A DNA stretch of 64,000 nucleotides, taken from a virus. Below the pieces are notes generated by a model. It was not told the origin of the DNA. It made no database searches and was given only the letters and a program-made list of their open reading frames with translations. Shown here piece by piece: positions 31,101-40,483 of the stretch; the first letter of the stretch is position 1; each line of letters opens with the position of its first letter. The stretch is taken from the IMG/VR virus record IMGVR_UViG_3300029931_000011; one strand, 5' to 3'. The position numbers were made by a program, and so were the translations under genes.

Positions 31101-33537
31101 CGGCGAGCTGGACAGCGTCGCCTCGTGCCGCGTCACCGAACTGTGCCTGCGCGTCGGGCAGGTGTCGGCGCAGCTGCTCCTCAACCCGAGCTTCGAGGCC
31201 GGGCTCACGTCATGGACGGCCGGCGGCTCGGGGATGCAGGTCCTCACCACGACGCCCTACGAGCTGACGAACTACGTCCGGCCGCAGGACGGCGCCTCGT
31301 CGACGCTCTCGCAGACGGTCGCGCTGCCGACGGGCTACGAGGATGGAGTCGTTGTGTGCGAGTGCGCGCGGATGAACGACGCGGCCGACGACACCGGCAC
31401 CGTGCTGGTGGAGTGCCTGGACGGTGGCGCCGCGACGGTGGCCTCGGCGACGACCGGGGCCGAGGCGATCTCGCCGACGAACGCGTGGGTGCGGCGCCGG
31501 CTGGTCATCGACCCGATCCCGCCAACCACCGTGAACATCCGCGTCACCTTCACCGGCACGCGGGTCACCGGCACGCCGAACAACTCGTGCGTCGACGACT
31601 TCGACCTCCGCGTCCACAAGCACCTCGATCCCGACGAGGAGACGCACCTCCTCGACGGCATGGACTTCGTCGAGCAGCCCTTGCCGCGCACGCTGACCGA
31701 CTGGAAGCAGCACTTCCCGGCGGTGCCGCCGCCCGACTACGCGATCTACGACGGCGGGCTCGTCGGCCGCCTCGGCATCGAGCCCCTTCTGGAGGCCGGC
31801 GCCGGCTGCTTCGCGGGCGGCAAGGCGGTCGCCGTCGGGCCCGAGGGCGACGCGACGACCTGCTACGAGTCGACGGGGCGCTCCGACGTCGCCGACGAGG
31901 ACATCCACACGGCGCCGGTCGGGGATGCATTCGCGAACTTCGGCACCGCTGACCCGTTCACGGCGATCGCCTTCTGGAAGCTGACGGAAGGGTTCACCGA
32001 CCCCGCCGGGCTCATGGGGCGCGTCGTCGGCTCGCGCGGCTGGGCCTTCGACCTCGACAGCGACTCCATCCCGCGCGTGCGCCTCTTCGGCGCCAGCGCG
32101 ACCATCGCGCAGGGCGGCAACAACCGGACCGACGACGGCTCGCTCCACGGCGCCGCGATGATCTACGACCAGGCCAACAGCCTCTTGCGGTCGGTAGATC
32201 CGTCGGGCAGCTTCTCGGCCTCGACTGCGGGCATGGGGGAGATCCGCGCGACCTCGCCGGGGAAGTTCCGGCTGATGGCGACGGGCGAGGCGGGTGTCGA
32301 CCGGCTCCCAGGGCAGGTGGTGCGCGCGTACCTGTGGCGTCAGGCCCTCACGGTGGCGCAGGCGCAGGAGGTCATCCGGTACGCGGAGTCACCGGTGGCA
32401 GGGCTCGATCCGAACGAGCAGACCCGCGGCGGCACCATCGTGTGCGTCGTCGGCAGCGACAGCGAGGGTGTGCTCGTCGAGAAGTTCGGGCCGCTGCGGC
32501 CGGCGCTCTCCGTCGACCCGGGCTCTGGTCGCGTCGGGCTCGTCGGGATGCCTGCGCTGACGAACCTGGCGCCGGACACGTTCGACCCGGGGAGCGGATG
32601 GGATGCAGCAGGCTCGGGAGGCGCGGCCGCGGTCACGCTCGACGTCGCGGCGGACCCGACCGGACACAGGGTCGCGGCGCGCATCGTCGGCGACGACGTT
32701 CAAGAGTGGACGTTCGGGTACGCCAGCCCGCTCACCTTCGGCAGCGCCGGGACCCGCCACCTGCACTTCTTCGCGCGCGCCGACGACACGCACACGATGG
32801 CGGTCGCGCTGATGAACGCGGGCGATGGCATGGTCGACTCCGACGGCTTCGTGGTCACGCCGCAGTGGCAGCTGTTCACCTTCGCCATGGCCTGGGATGG
32901 CTCCTCGAGCGGAGAAGGCTATCTCTCGTTCCGGGCGTCGAACGACGGCACGGAGCGCACCATCTACCTGTCGCCGGTCATGTTCCTGGGCGGCACCGCG
33001 GCGAGCCCTTGGCCCGGCACGATCCCGATCGGAACCCCCGGCGCGACGTCACCGCTCCTCACGATCGCGCCCTCGGCGCAGTTCAACCGCGAGGGCGAGA
33101 TCGAGGTCGAGCTGGTCAACTACGACGAGGCGGGCGTCATCGCCAACGCGCACAACGACGCGGACGACGACGACCGGCGGCGCATCACCTGGCCGACGAC
33201 CGGGGGCGGGGACGTCGGCAGCGAGCACTACGACGGGTCAGGCTCGGACGACTCGTCGGCGCTGGTCGCGAACACGACCGTCGACATCGCCCAGCCCTGG
33301 AAGGCGCGGCTGCGGTGGAACCGGGCCGGGCTGGTCGACGGCGTGGCGTCGGCGTTCGTCGTGCTGCGGGCCGAGCAGGGCGCCACGGTCGAGCAGGACG
33401 GCGGGCGGGCGTCGGCGTTCTCGGCCTCGACGACGGCGCTGACGCGGCTGGCGCTGCTGCACGAGGCGGGCGCCACGAGCGCCATGGCAGGGCTCGTGTT
33501 CTCGGCGAGGATCAGCGCGAGGGAGCGGAAGGTGTAA
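28189..33537 (+). CDS. host-specificity / central tail fibre protein (lambda J / GTA g15-like), 1782 aa
   Basis: Full ORF. N-terminal PVPLIYGTVRVRSPVVLW. Repeated LLNP(R/S)F..GL..W modules (CBM-like) and a LamG-like block (FTAIAFWKL...VRAYLWRQALT). TGATG junction with the hub gene. Confidence 0.9.
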   Translation: MAFWTIVQLGYLAGYYGWQMYKHHQAKKEVPRAASLDEFTYPRATEGDPVPLIYGTVRVRSPVVLWVGDLEPFPQVVNGVTVGYQYRIGMRLLLGRGNTDVGATSGFATLQGMYIGDVQPPSFAGPFSPTAHAGYYQVNADDFDPGNFNVGTNGRLVFYDGSWDLERYALVASASEPLNPPYRGQITVLLQNWSVGTAPTMPSYSFIVHNPVYIPGYESVSGPIANGAANPASVLYDLLTNEWGCVANAAPLVDVASFAACAATLQDEQHGFSAIINDSRDARSVVEQVLRQIDGVLYEDPQTRRYVLKLIREDYDPNTLPVFDPSNVVGQPKKPTKLWDEAVNEVRVIFTNPVSGYGEGVAVEQDLSIISYNGGRRRSAEFRFLGVTHAQLAQELAARELNFLSRPISRLRMTVNREAFDLKPGDVFRFNWPEWNGYTQVFRLGEIDYGDLEDGKITITAVQDRFAIQGTVFDPPDDEIGPTRPVADPIHVSHITEAPRWIMLKAYEQGHIANVDAQRGYFLAKPEGSDSRYQVQSGWSTALQEVDMPGRVFPGTFTVETEYAKTTSAYDTSTHLRIENVVGWTPGVVTTTQIQVEGRNVIGVLDANGALEIMAYEDVIDLGGGVYRLLNVWRGLLDTVPATHAVGAQGFVLPGSYLAAGMGRRVYTHGTAITAYTQGAAGSSVVPVEDSPEDTFTARSRSLLPYPGSDLLVNGTKAPVALEEGGVTLQWNTRDRLKTTITRGNASAETPEANTTYDAVAVKGDPVTPGSEVSLASGVTTSSTTQHPLGAAGHGALQVGVRTKRTGVALSDGTTPIGGVFNWQTPLLDIQAHHWRNLLLNPRFASGLGLNHWDAVTGVATTSNSGGLGNNSFYVTGQSGTTVEIRQTLDLTGYNPKNYSAALDFYVHNGGDSGDTVQVELISLDAATSVLQTQTYGASDPGNAWVKQTLSIADLHDDTKYLRVRIILNAVGELDSVASCRVTELCLRVGQVSAQLLLNPSFEAGLTSWTAGGSGMQVLTTTPYELTNYVRPQDGASSTLSQTVALPTGYEDGVVVCECARMNDAADDTGTVLVECLDGGAATVASATTGAEAISPTNAWVRRRLVIDPIPPTTVNIRVTFTGTRVTGTPNNSCVDDFDLRVHKHLDPDEETHLLDGMDFVEQPLPRTLTDWKQHFPAVPPPDYAIYDGGLVGRLGIEPLLEAGAGCFAGGKAVAVGPEGDATTCYESTGRSDVADEDIHTAPVGDAFANFGTADPFTAIAFWKLTEGFTDPAGLMGRVVGSRGWAFDLDSDSIPRVRLFGASATIAQGGNNRTDDGSLHGAAMIYDQANSLLRSVDPSGSFSASTAGMGEIRATSPGKFRLMATGEAGVDRLPGQVVRAYLWRQALTVAQAQEVIRYAESPVAGLDPNEQTRGGTIVCVVGSDSEGVLVEKFGPLRPALSVDPGSGRVGLVGMPALTNLAPDTFDPGSGWDAAGSGGAAAVTLDVAADPTGHRVAARIVGDDVQEWTFGYASPLTFGSAGTRHLHFFARADDTHTMAVALMNAGDGMVDSDGFVVTPQWQLFTFAMAWDGSSSGEGYLSFRASNDGTERTIYLSPVMFLGGTAASPWPGTIPIGTPGATSPLLTIAPSAQFNREGEIEVELVNYDEAGVIANAHNDADDDDRRRITWPTTGGGDVGSEHYDGSGSDDSSALVANTTVDIAQPWKARLRWNRAGLVDGVASAFVVLRAEQGATVEQDGGRASAFSASTTALTRLALLHEAGATSAMAGLVFSARISARERKV

Positions 33538-33540
33538 TGC

Positions 33541-35019
33541 TCAAGGCTCCGGCCAGTCAACCCCGCTCGCCGCGGCGGCGATGGTGGATTGCAGCCCCGG
33601 CGATGGCTCGTTCGCGTACCCGCTCGACGGGTCCGCGACGTGCGGGGTGACGCCGATGAATACCGGAAACCGGAACGGATGACCGTTCGTCGCGTGCTTC
33701 TTCCGGTAGTAGAGGATGCGGAGGTACCCGTTGCTGCCGTCGCTCACCTGCGCCGACTGCACGAGCATCGGGTAGCGGAGCACCATGTAGACGCAGTAAG
33801 GGATCGACGGCGAAGCGTTGATCGCAGCGACGGCCCACGGGCCTGTCGTCGGCCGGTACGGGAACAGCGCGTGCTGTGTTGCGCGTACGGTTGCATTGGC
33901 CCAGTACGTCGGCTGATACGTGCCGTCGGGATCGTAGATCCCCATGTTCGCGGCGTGGTCGGCGATGTTCCCAACGGCCGCCTCGGCCGCTGCCCACCGC
34001 GCGTCGGATCCGAACGCGGGATGACGCGCCGTCGCGATCAGTGAACCGGCCACCATGGAGAACGCCACAGCGACGTCGGACCCCGGACCGATCTCGATCT
34101 CCCCGTAGTCCGGCACGTCGTTGTAGCTCGGGACGTGGGAGTTGCCGGGAAGAATGTCGGGATAGAACGAGTAGCCGACGAAGTACCCGGGCACCCCGCG
34201 CTCGACACGGATCGTCTTGACGAACGCGACCACGGTGTCGCTCTTGGCCGTTGAGCTGTTGATCGGGTAGTCGAGCGCCTCGTTGGCATCGTCTCGACGC
34301 CGAACCCCGAGCCCACCGAATGCCGATGAGAGACTATAGGCGTCAACCTGGAACGCCACCTCGATGGCGTCCTGCGTTGCCTGGCGAACGGTGGCACGAT
34401 TGTACGGCACGGTGGCGCCGACCACGGGATACGTCCAGTCTCCGTACTGCGCGCTCATCACACGCGTGTACGCGCCTGACTCGTCAACGGCCCAGAGGTA
34501 GTGGGCGAGCGTCTCGGCTCCTGGGATCGATGGAGTCCCGTGGGTGACTTTTATCTCCCCATTACTAATAACAATGGCGCGGATGTTGGCCTCGCCGGTC
34601 ACCACCTGCCCGGCGGACAGTTCGACGCCTCCGGCTCCCGTGATCGACAAGACACGTGCCCCCGGTCCACCTGCAACCGGTAGCCTCATCTTCACGGTCT
34701 CGGTGGCGCCGTCCGCATCGATCACCGTGATCCATGCCCAATAAGCGGCGTTGCCGGCGAGCGGGACAAGGAGATCCGCTTGCTCCTCGGTGAGAGTGTA
34801 CTCGAAGAGGCCGGCCGACGCGTCGGCGATCGCGCCGCTCACCGCGAACAGATTGGTGGACGCGTCGGCTGGGTTCTCGTTCGGGTCCACTGTTAGCGTT
34901 GACTCGTAGCCGGTTATGTCGATGGCTGCGCCGGTGGCATCGGTGTATGTCAGTCGGATCGGAGCAGTGTCGCCGGTGATCCGCGTTCGCAAGTTGCCGC
35001 CGTCGAGCACCAGCATCAT
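33541..35019 (-). CDS. tail fibre / receptor-binding protein candidate (BppU-like N-terminus)
   Basis: Full ORF of 492 aa with GAGGAG upstream. The N-terminus LRLTYTDATGAAIDITGYESTLTVDP... is Ig-like. Last gene of the minus-strand tail operon. Confidence 0.75.
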   Translation of the reverse strand: MMLVLDGGNLRTRITGDTAPIRLTYTDATGAAIDITGYESTLTVDPNENPADASTNLFAVSGAIADASAGLFEYTLTEEQADLLVPLAGNAAYWAWITVIDADGATETVKMRLPVAGGPGARVLSITGAGGVELSAGQVVTGEANIRAIVISNGEIKVTHGTPSIPGAETLAHYLWAVDESGAYTRVMSAQYGDWTYPVVGATVPYNRATVRQATQDAIEVAFQVDAYSLSSAFGGLGVRRRDDANEALDYPINSSTAKSDTVVAFVKTIRVERGVPGYFVGYSFYPDILPGNSHVPSYNDVPDYGEIEIGPGSDVAVAFSMVAGSLIATARHPAFGSDARWAAAEAAVGNIADHAANMGIYDPDGTYQPTYWANATVRATQHALFPYRPTTGPWAVAAINASPSIPYCVYMVLRYPMLVQSAQVSDGSNGYLRILYYRKKHATNGHPFRFPVFIGVTPHVADPSSGYANEPSPGLQSTIAAAASGVDWPEP

Positions 35020-35171
35020 CTACTCCTCGCGCACGCGACGGATCGCGTTACCGGTAATGAGCCTGGCGGATGCGACCTCGACGAGGCACCGAATCGAACT
35101 CGCGTCTCGGAGAACGTGTCGGATGGCCATGGCGCGACCAGTGTGCGCATCCTCGAATGGTCAACCCACAT

Positions 35172-37211
35172 TCAGGCGCGCCCGGTGAAACGTCGGATGT
35201 TCGCAATGGGCACCGCCGCCGCCGCTCGCAGCTCACCCACCCCCGCATCGGCGACTGCTGCGAACGCGTAGATCGGAGCGTTCGCGGCGACCACTAGCCC
35301 GAAGCGAAATACGCCCGTGCCTGACATGGACAGTGCTGATGCGATGCTCGTCTCCGACGAAACCCCCAGGCTGGTCACAAGCCGCTGCGCACCGCCGTCG
35401 CGATCGACGATCGCGAGCACGTCGACGAAGGAGCCATTCGCATGGTTGACACTGACGGATGACGTCCGAAGTGTCGACCCGTCCCACGTCTCCAGGTGCA
35501 AGAACCCGGACGCATCGAGGCGCACGGCATAGTAGCCACCGGAGCCGCCGTGCTTCCCGATGATGTAGTCGGCCTGCGCTGCTGGGAACTTCACACAGGC
35601 GTAGAAGGCGACCTGTCCGGTGGTCGTGATCAGATAGCTCGACGAAGACAGGGCCAAGAAATCATCCGATGATGTCCCGGCCGTGACGGCGTAGTCGCTC
35701 GCAAGTGCTCCGGTCTGGCGGTAGAGGGGGGAGCCGACGCGCGAAAGCGGGACCCCGCCGATCGAGTCCGACAGGTTGCCCAGTTCCTCGTCGCACAGCC
35801 ACGCGCTCGCCCACGTCCCGAACCCGAATGCGGCACGCAGCGCCGCCGCAGTCGACGGCCACGCGAACGACCGCACGTTGCTCTCCTGCACGACGATCGC
35901 CGGTGGCGACACCTTCGCCTTCCACCCGCCGCCGTACTCGATCGCCACCTCGTCGGTGTCCAGCCGCGCCGTCTCGAGGAACGAGACGCGGGTGACGCCG
36001 CCCGTCGGGATCGGGTTGGCGAGCGTCGGCACGAGCGTGATCTCCTGGTAGCCCGAGCCCTGCGACGTGGAGTGGACGTAGTGGTGCGACACCGAGCGGT
36101 CGGCGTATTCGATCTGCAGGCGGCGATGAGCAAGCGACGGGTACCAGTTGTTGATGTAGTCGGTCGTCACGCGGATCGCCGACGCGCCGGCGGCGGGCTG
36201 CTCGTGCAGCACGAGGTCGGGCCGCCAGGTCGGGAAGAGGAAGGGCTGCCAGCGACCGCGGCGCTCGGTCAGAAAGGCCTTCCACCACTGGCGGTCCGAC
36301 GGCGAGTCGATGCGCCACGTCCCCATCCGTCGATGCTTCGCCCGCCCCCACGCCGTGTCGCTCGTCATGGTCGCCCCGTTGTCGAGGAACTCGACGCCGG
36401 CGCCGAACACCTCGGGCGTCTCCTTCTCCTGGAACGGCCGCCGGTCGAGCACGGTGTACCCGTCGAACGTCGTCAGGGCCGGGGCGCCCGCCCCCCCGAG
36501 CGCACGCGCCCCGGCCCGAGCCGTGAACCGCCACCGGGAAGCGTTCACCGGATAGCGGCCGATCGTCTGCCCGTCCTCGAAGCGCACCGTCTCCACGGGG
36601 AAGATCAGCGTCGTGTGGGCCGGGAAGTAGCCGCCGACCGGCGGCGAGCTGACGACGTTGATGGTGCCGCCCGATGAGCCCGTGATCGTCGTCGTGTACG
36701 CCGATCCCGACGGGCCCCGCACGTAGATCCGCCGCCCGTTCTCGATCCAGTCGGACTTCGACGCGGCGTCCGCGCTGATGTAGATGGTCCCGCCGGTCAG
36801 CTCGACGATCGCCGCGACCGCCTCGTGAGGGAGCGGCAGTTCGTAGGTGCCATCGGCCGAGGCGCTGAGGAGCTGGCGGATAGTGCGCGTGTCGGCGTCG
36901 TCGAGGAGGAACGAGCCGTCGAACTTCTGCCGCGGGTGCGTGAGCGTGGCCCGACGCTGCTCGGTCCCGTCGTAGGCCACAAGCACGTCGGTGCGGTAGG
37001 AGAGCGTCCAGCGGAAGCCGGTGGCGGCGTCGGGGATGCGCGAGGTGCCGAGCTCGGCCGGAGCCGGTTGCTCGTCGAGGCCGAAGAGGTAGTCGCCGAC
37101 GGCGAGAGCGACCTGCTGCGAGTCGCGGCCGGAGCCCGGACGAGGGATCGCCGCGCGGGCGAAGCGTCGCCCACCGAGCAGCGGCCAGCGTCCGAGGGTC
37201 GACGAGGCCAC
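35172..37211 (-). CDS. tail protein with DUF2460-like repeats and C-terminal LamG/ConA-like domain
   Basis: Full ORF of 679 aa. Segments YDGTEQRRATLTHPRQKFDGSFLL and RRGRWQPFLFPTW recall GTA g12-type proteins. The lectin-like tail is ...YYAVRLDASGFLHLETWDG.... Family call is from memory. Confidence 0.7.
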   Translation of the reverse strand: MASSTLGRWPLLGGRRFARAAIPRPGSGRDSQQVALAVGDYLFGLDEQPAPAELGTSRIPDAATGFRWTLSYRTDVLVAYDGTEQRRATLTHPRQKFDGSFLLDDADTRTIRQLLSASADGTYELPLPHEAVAAIVELTGGTIYISADAASKSDWIENGRRIYVRGPSGSAYTTTITGSSGGTINVVSSPPVGGYFPAHTTLIFPVETVRFEDGQTIGRYPVNASRWRFTARAGARALGGAGAPALTTFDGYTVLDRRPFQEKETPEVFGAGVEFLDNGATMTSDTAWGRAKHRRMGTWRIDSPSDRQWWKAFLTERRGRWQPFLFPTWRPDLVLHEQPAAGASAIRVTTDYINNWYPSLAHRRLQIEYADRSVSHHYVHSTSQGSGYQEITLVPTLANPIPTGGVTRVSFLETARLDTDEVAIEYGGGWKAKVSPPAIVVQESNVRSFAWPSTAAALRAAFGFGTWASAWLCDEELGNLSDSIGGVPLSRVGSPLYRQTGALASDYAVTAGTSSDDFLALSSSSYLITTTGQVAFYACVKFPAAQADYIIGKHGGSGGYYAVRLDASGFLHLETWDGSTLRTSSVSVNHANGSFVDVLAIVDRDGGAQRLVTSLGVSSETSIASALSMSGTGVFRFGLVVAANAPIYAFAAVADAGVGELRAAAAVPIANIRRFTGRA

Positions 37212-37215
37212 CGGG

Positions 37216-38052
37216 TCACCGCTCGATGTACTGGACGTTCCCGCCCGACACGTTCACGGCGGTCGTGCCCTGCGGCTGCCAGGCGAGGAAGGGCACGGAG
37301 CCGTCGAACAGCCGCGGGATGCCGAGCTGGTCCCACGCCGCCTCGACACGCCCCGAGGCAACGAACGGCAGCGAGGCGAGGTGGCGAAGGAGGAGGAGGT
37401 GGACGGTGCCCGAGACGAGCGAGGTGCCCAGCGTGATCGACTGGATCGATCGCACGCCCCGGTCGCCGGCCTGGAGCATGAACGGCACGAGGGTCCCGGC
37501 GGCGGCGGTGGCCGGGAAGCTCGGGATCGTGCCGGTGCGGCCGGCGGTGCCGTCGCTGTTCGTGTAGCTGATGGTGCAGTTCGTGATGGCGCCGCCGTTG
37601 CCCGTCGACGACGACACCTCGAGCGCGGCGAAGACGCCTTCGCCGAGGGCCGCGCCGTTCACGTCGCGCGGCGGCGCGGCCGCCGGCGTGATCGCCTGCG
37701 CGCCCGTGGTCGTCGAGACGATGGAGCTGTTGTGCCAGAGGCGATCGAGCAGGAGGAGGGCGCCGGCCTGGTCGCACGCCGCGGCGAACCGGCCCAGCCG
37801 CTTCACGTTGCCGGCCGCCGCCTTCACGAACGGGATCTGACCCGTCACCTGCGTCGGGTCGCTCGAGAGCGCGGCGCCGTTGAGGCCGGGCGAGGGCGCG
37901 GCGCCGGCGCCGGGCATCCCGGCCGAGTACCAGAACGAGTGGAACCAGTGCCCGACGCCCTCCATGGTGCCGCCGACCTTGGAGACGGGCAGAGGGCCGC
38001 CGCCGGCCGCGAGGCCGTATGCGATGTCGTCGACGGTGAGAACGTCAGCCAT
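37216..38052 (-). CDS. tail protein, function unknown
   Basis: Full ORF of 278 aa, directly downstream of the tape measure gene. Confidence 0.75.
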   Translation of the reverse strand: MADVLTVDDIAYGLAAGGGPLPVSKVGGTMEGVGHWFHSFWYSAGMPGAGAAPSPGLNGAALSSDPTQVTGQIPFVKAAAGNVKRLGRFAAACDQAGALLLLDRLWHNSSIVSTTTGAQAITPAAAPPRDVNGAALGEGVFAALEVSSSTGNGGAITNCTISYTNSDGTAGRTGTIPSFPATAAAGTLVPFMLQAGDRGVRSIQSITLGTSLVSGTVHLLLLRHLASLPFVASGRVEAAWDQLGIPRLFDGSVPFLAWQPQGTTAVNVSGGNVQYIER

Positions 38053-38065
38053 GGTGGGTCTCCTG

Positions 38066-40480
38066 TCAGCGGGCGAGGGCGCCGCGCAGCTTGCCGGTGT
38101 GCTTGGCGAAGATGTCGATCACGACCTGCTCGCCCTCGGACGAGCGGAGGAACGTCGCCACGAGCGCGTTCGGGTCGCCGGCGAGCGTGATGGAGAGCGG
38201 CACCGAGACGCCGCCGCTGGGCGCGTTGCTGTTGGCGGCGAGGCCCGGGTTCGTGACGGTCACGATCTCGCCGGGGGTCGCGCGGAAGAAGACGCCCTGC
38301 GAGTCGGGGCCGCCGGTGCCGCCGACCCGGAATTGACCGCCGCCGGCGAAGTTGCCGCCGGTGATCAAGCCGGCCAGTAGCCCGCCCATCGACGTGAGAG
38401 CAGGTTGCCCGCCGGCACCAGTCGTGCCGAACCCGGCCTGCACCGCCTGGAGGAGCAGCATCTTCGCGATCAGGAGGGCGATCTCCTTGAGCAGGTTCTG
38501 CACGATCTGGCTGAAGTTGTTCTCGAAGGCGATGGCCGAGCGCAGCGCCTCATCGAAGGCGCCCGCGAACTCGTTCTTCATCGCGCCCTCGAGCTCCATC
38601 ATCGGACGCTCGAAGTCTTCCTTGGCCTTGGCGGCGACCTCGCGTTCGACCTCGGCCAGCGCACGCATCTTCTCGCGCACGTCCTGCAGGAGCTCGAAGC
38701 GTTCCTGCGCCGCGTTGGCGGCCTTTGCCTCTGCCTCGGCGCGCTGGTCGGCCGCCCTGGCCGCCGCTTCCTCCGCCCGCACAAGCTCGTCGAGCTGGCC
38801 CCACTGCTCGGAGGTCAGCTCGACGCCCTTGCCGCGCAGGTCGTTCTCGATCTCGAGGAGCCGGGTCGTTCGATTCCGAACCTCCTCGCTCTGTCCGAGT
38901 AGGACGATCTCGCGCTCGATCTCGCGCACCACGGCCGCGTAGGGATCCAACTGGTCGCGGAGCATCTCCTCGCGCTGCGCCATCAGCGCGTTCGCCTCCT
39001 CCTGGGTCGTCAGGTGCGCGCGCACGGCGCGGTCGAGGAGCCTCTGGGCCTTCTCTAGCTCCTGCTCCGCGGCGGTGACGTCGGAGAGCGAGCCGAGGAA
39101 CGAGTTGTACTCGTCACGCAGCCGCTTCATCGCGTCGGCTGCGTCCTTGTCGCGCTTCATCTGCGCCTGTCGACTCTTGGCGCCGTCGCCGACGCCCTGG
39201 ATCATGGCGCGCGTGGCGATCGGGATGAGCGCCGCCGCCTGCTGCTCGGCGACGAACTTCGCCACCGCATCCTTCTGCTCGAGCCGCTGCGCCATCCCGG
39301 CGAAGCCGCCGAACTCGGTGTTCTTGGCGACGTCCGCGAGGAGCCCCTTCATGCCCTCGGTGTGGCGCGAAATCTCCTTGAGGGTGTCGACCAGATCGCC
39401 GACCCGCGACCCCTTGCCCGAATCCTGGACGGCGCCGTAGATGTCGCTCGCGGCGTTGTAGCTGCCCGTGATCGGGTTGAGGTAACGACGCGCCGTGCTG
39501 ACCCCGCGCCAGAGCGCACCCCCGTCGAGCTGGTAGCCGCCGATCGAGATGTCGCCCAGCTCTCCGACGGCCTTCGATGCCATCGCGCCGACGCTGGCCA
39601 CCATGCGGAGGCTGTCCGCGAGTCCGGCCAGCGCAGAGCCGAGGAGCTCGACGGCGCGGGTGTTCTGCGCGAACTCCGAGAGCGACTTCGACGCCTCGTT
39701 GCGAAACTTCGTCCACTGCTCGGCGAACGTCGGTAGGCGCTCCGCGTACTGGTCGAGCACCTCCTGACGCTGCGACTTGAGCGCGCTGATGACGACCTGC
39801 GAGGTGAGCTTGCCCTCGTTGGCCATCGCGCGCATCTCGCCGCGAGTCTTCCCGAGGCTCTTCGCGATCAGGTCGATGATGATCGGCGCCTGCTCGAGGA
39901 CGCTGTTGAACTCCTCGCCGCGAAGCGCACCAGCGCCGAGACCCTGAGAGAGCTGGGTGAGCGCAGCGTCGGCGCTGGCACCGGAGGCACCGCTCGCCTT
40001 GATCGCCTTCGTGAGCGTATCGACGGTCTCGATCGCCTGCCGCTGCGAGCCGCCCATGTCGGTGACGGCCTTGCCCACCTGACGGTAAAGGCCGACGACG
40101 GAGCCGAACTCCGACCCGGTCTCCTGCGCCGACTTGAACAGCTCGCGCTGCGCGATGATCTGCGCCTGGGTCGCCCCGTGCATCGCGCGAAGCTGGCTGG
40201 TAGCGTTCGTGTAGGCGTCGGCCATGTCCATGGCCTCGCGCGCGCCGAACGCGGTCGCCAACCCAGCCACAGATCGCCCGACCGCCCCGGCGAGGTCGCT
40301 GCGCCGGGCGTCGCTGGCTGCCTTGCGCATCCCGTCGCCGATCGACTTCGACATCGCCTCCGACGACTTCTTCGCCTGGCGCTCCATGCCGATGAGCTCG
40401 CGATCGATCACGTCCGCCCCACGCTTTCCCTGCGTGGGGTCGATCGTCACGACGATCTCGAAGTCTTCATCGTTCGCCAT
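38066..40480 (-). CDS. tape measure protein
   Basis: Full ORF of 804 aa. Motif LSQGLGAGALRGEEFNSVLEQAPIIIDLIAKSLGKTRGEMRAMANEGKLTS, long coiled coils, and a Gly-rich C-terminus. Lies downstream of the G/G-T chaperone. Confidence 0.9.
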   Translation of the reverse strand: MANDEDFEIVVTIDPTQGKRGADVIDRELIGMERQAKKSSEAMSKSIGDGMRKAASDARRSDLAGAVGRSVAGLATAFGAREAMDMADAYTNATSQLRAMHGATQAQIIAQRELFKSAQETGSEFGSVVGLYRQVGKAVTDMGGSQRQAIETVDTLTKAIKASGASGASADAALTQLSQGLGAGALRGEEFNSVLEQAPIIIDLIAKSLGKTRGEMRAMANEGKLTSQVVISALKSQRQEVLDQYAERLPTFAEQWTKFRNEASKSLSEFAQNTRAVELLGSALAGLADSLRMVASVGAMASKAVGELGDISIGGYQLDGGALWRGVSTARRYLNPITGSYNAASDIYGAVQDSGKGSRVGDLVDTLKEISRHTEGMKGLLADVAKNTEFGGFAGMAQRLEQKDAVAKFVAEQQAAALIPIATRAMIQGVGDGAKSRQAQMKRDKDAADAMKRLRDEYNSFLGSLSDVTAAEQELEKAQRLLDRAVRAHLTTQEEANALMAQREEMLRDQLDPYAAVVREIEREIVLLGQSEEVRNRTTRLLEIENDLRGKGVELTSEQWGQLDELVRAEEAAARAADQRAEAEAKAANAAQERFELLQDVREKMRALAEVEREVAAKAKEDFERPMMELEGAMKNEFAGAFDEALRSAIAFENNFSQIVQNLLKEIALLIAKMLLLQAVQAGFGTTGAGGQPALTSMGGLLAGLITGGNFAGGGQFRVGGTGGPDSQGVFFRATPGEIVTVTNPGLAANSNAPSGGVSVPLSITLAGDPNALVATFLRSSEGEQVVIDIFAKHTGKLRGALAR

Positions 40481-40483
40481 GGC

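Noticed and set aside
28795-31952. Very long ORFs overlapping the J-like gene (28795..31056 minus, 753 aa; 28914..31952 plus, 1012 aa)
   Set aside because: Their translations are Arg/Ala/Gly/Pro-dominated with no motifs. They sit in alternative frames of a clearly protein-like 1782-aa gene, which is typical of GC-driven shadow ORFs.
26114-35019. An invertible (Mu G-segment-like) host-range switch for the opposite-strand tail-tip block
   Set aside because: I found no flanking inverted repeats, no serine invertase gene, and no alternative fibre C-termini.
35085-35110. Second tRNA-like element (minus strand CCGAGACGCGAGTTCGATTCGGTG, shares CCGAG..GCGAGTTCGATTC with the tRNA at 41337-41408)
   Set aside because: The 3' T-stem (CGGTG) does not pair with GCGAG, and I could not draw anticodon, D or acceptor arms. 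At best it is a decayed fragment.
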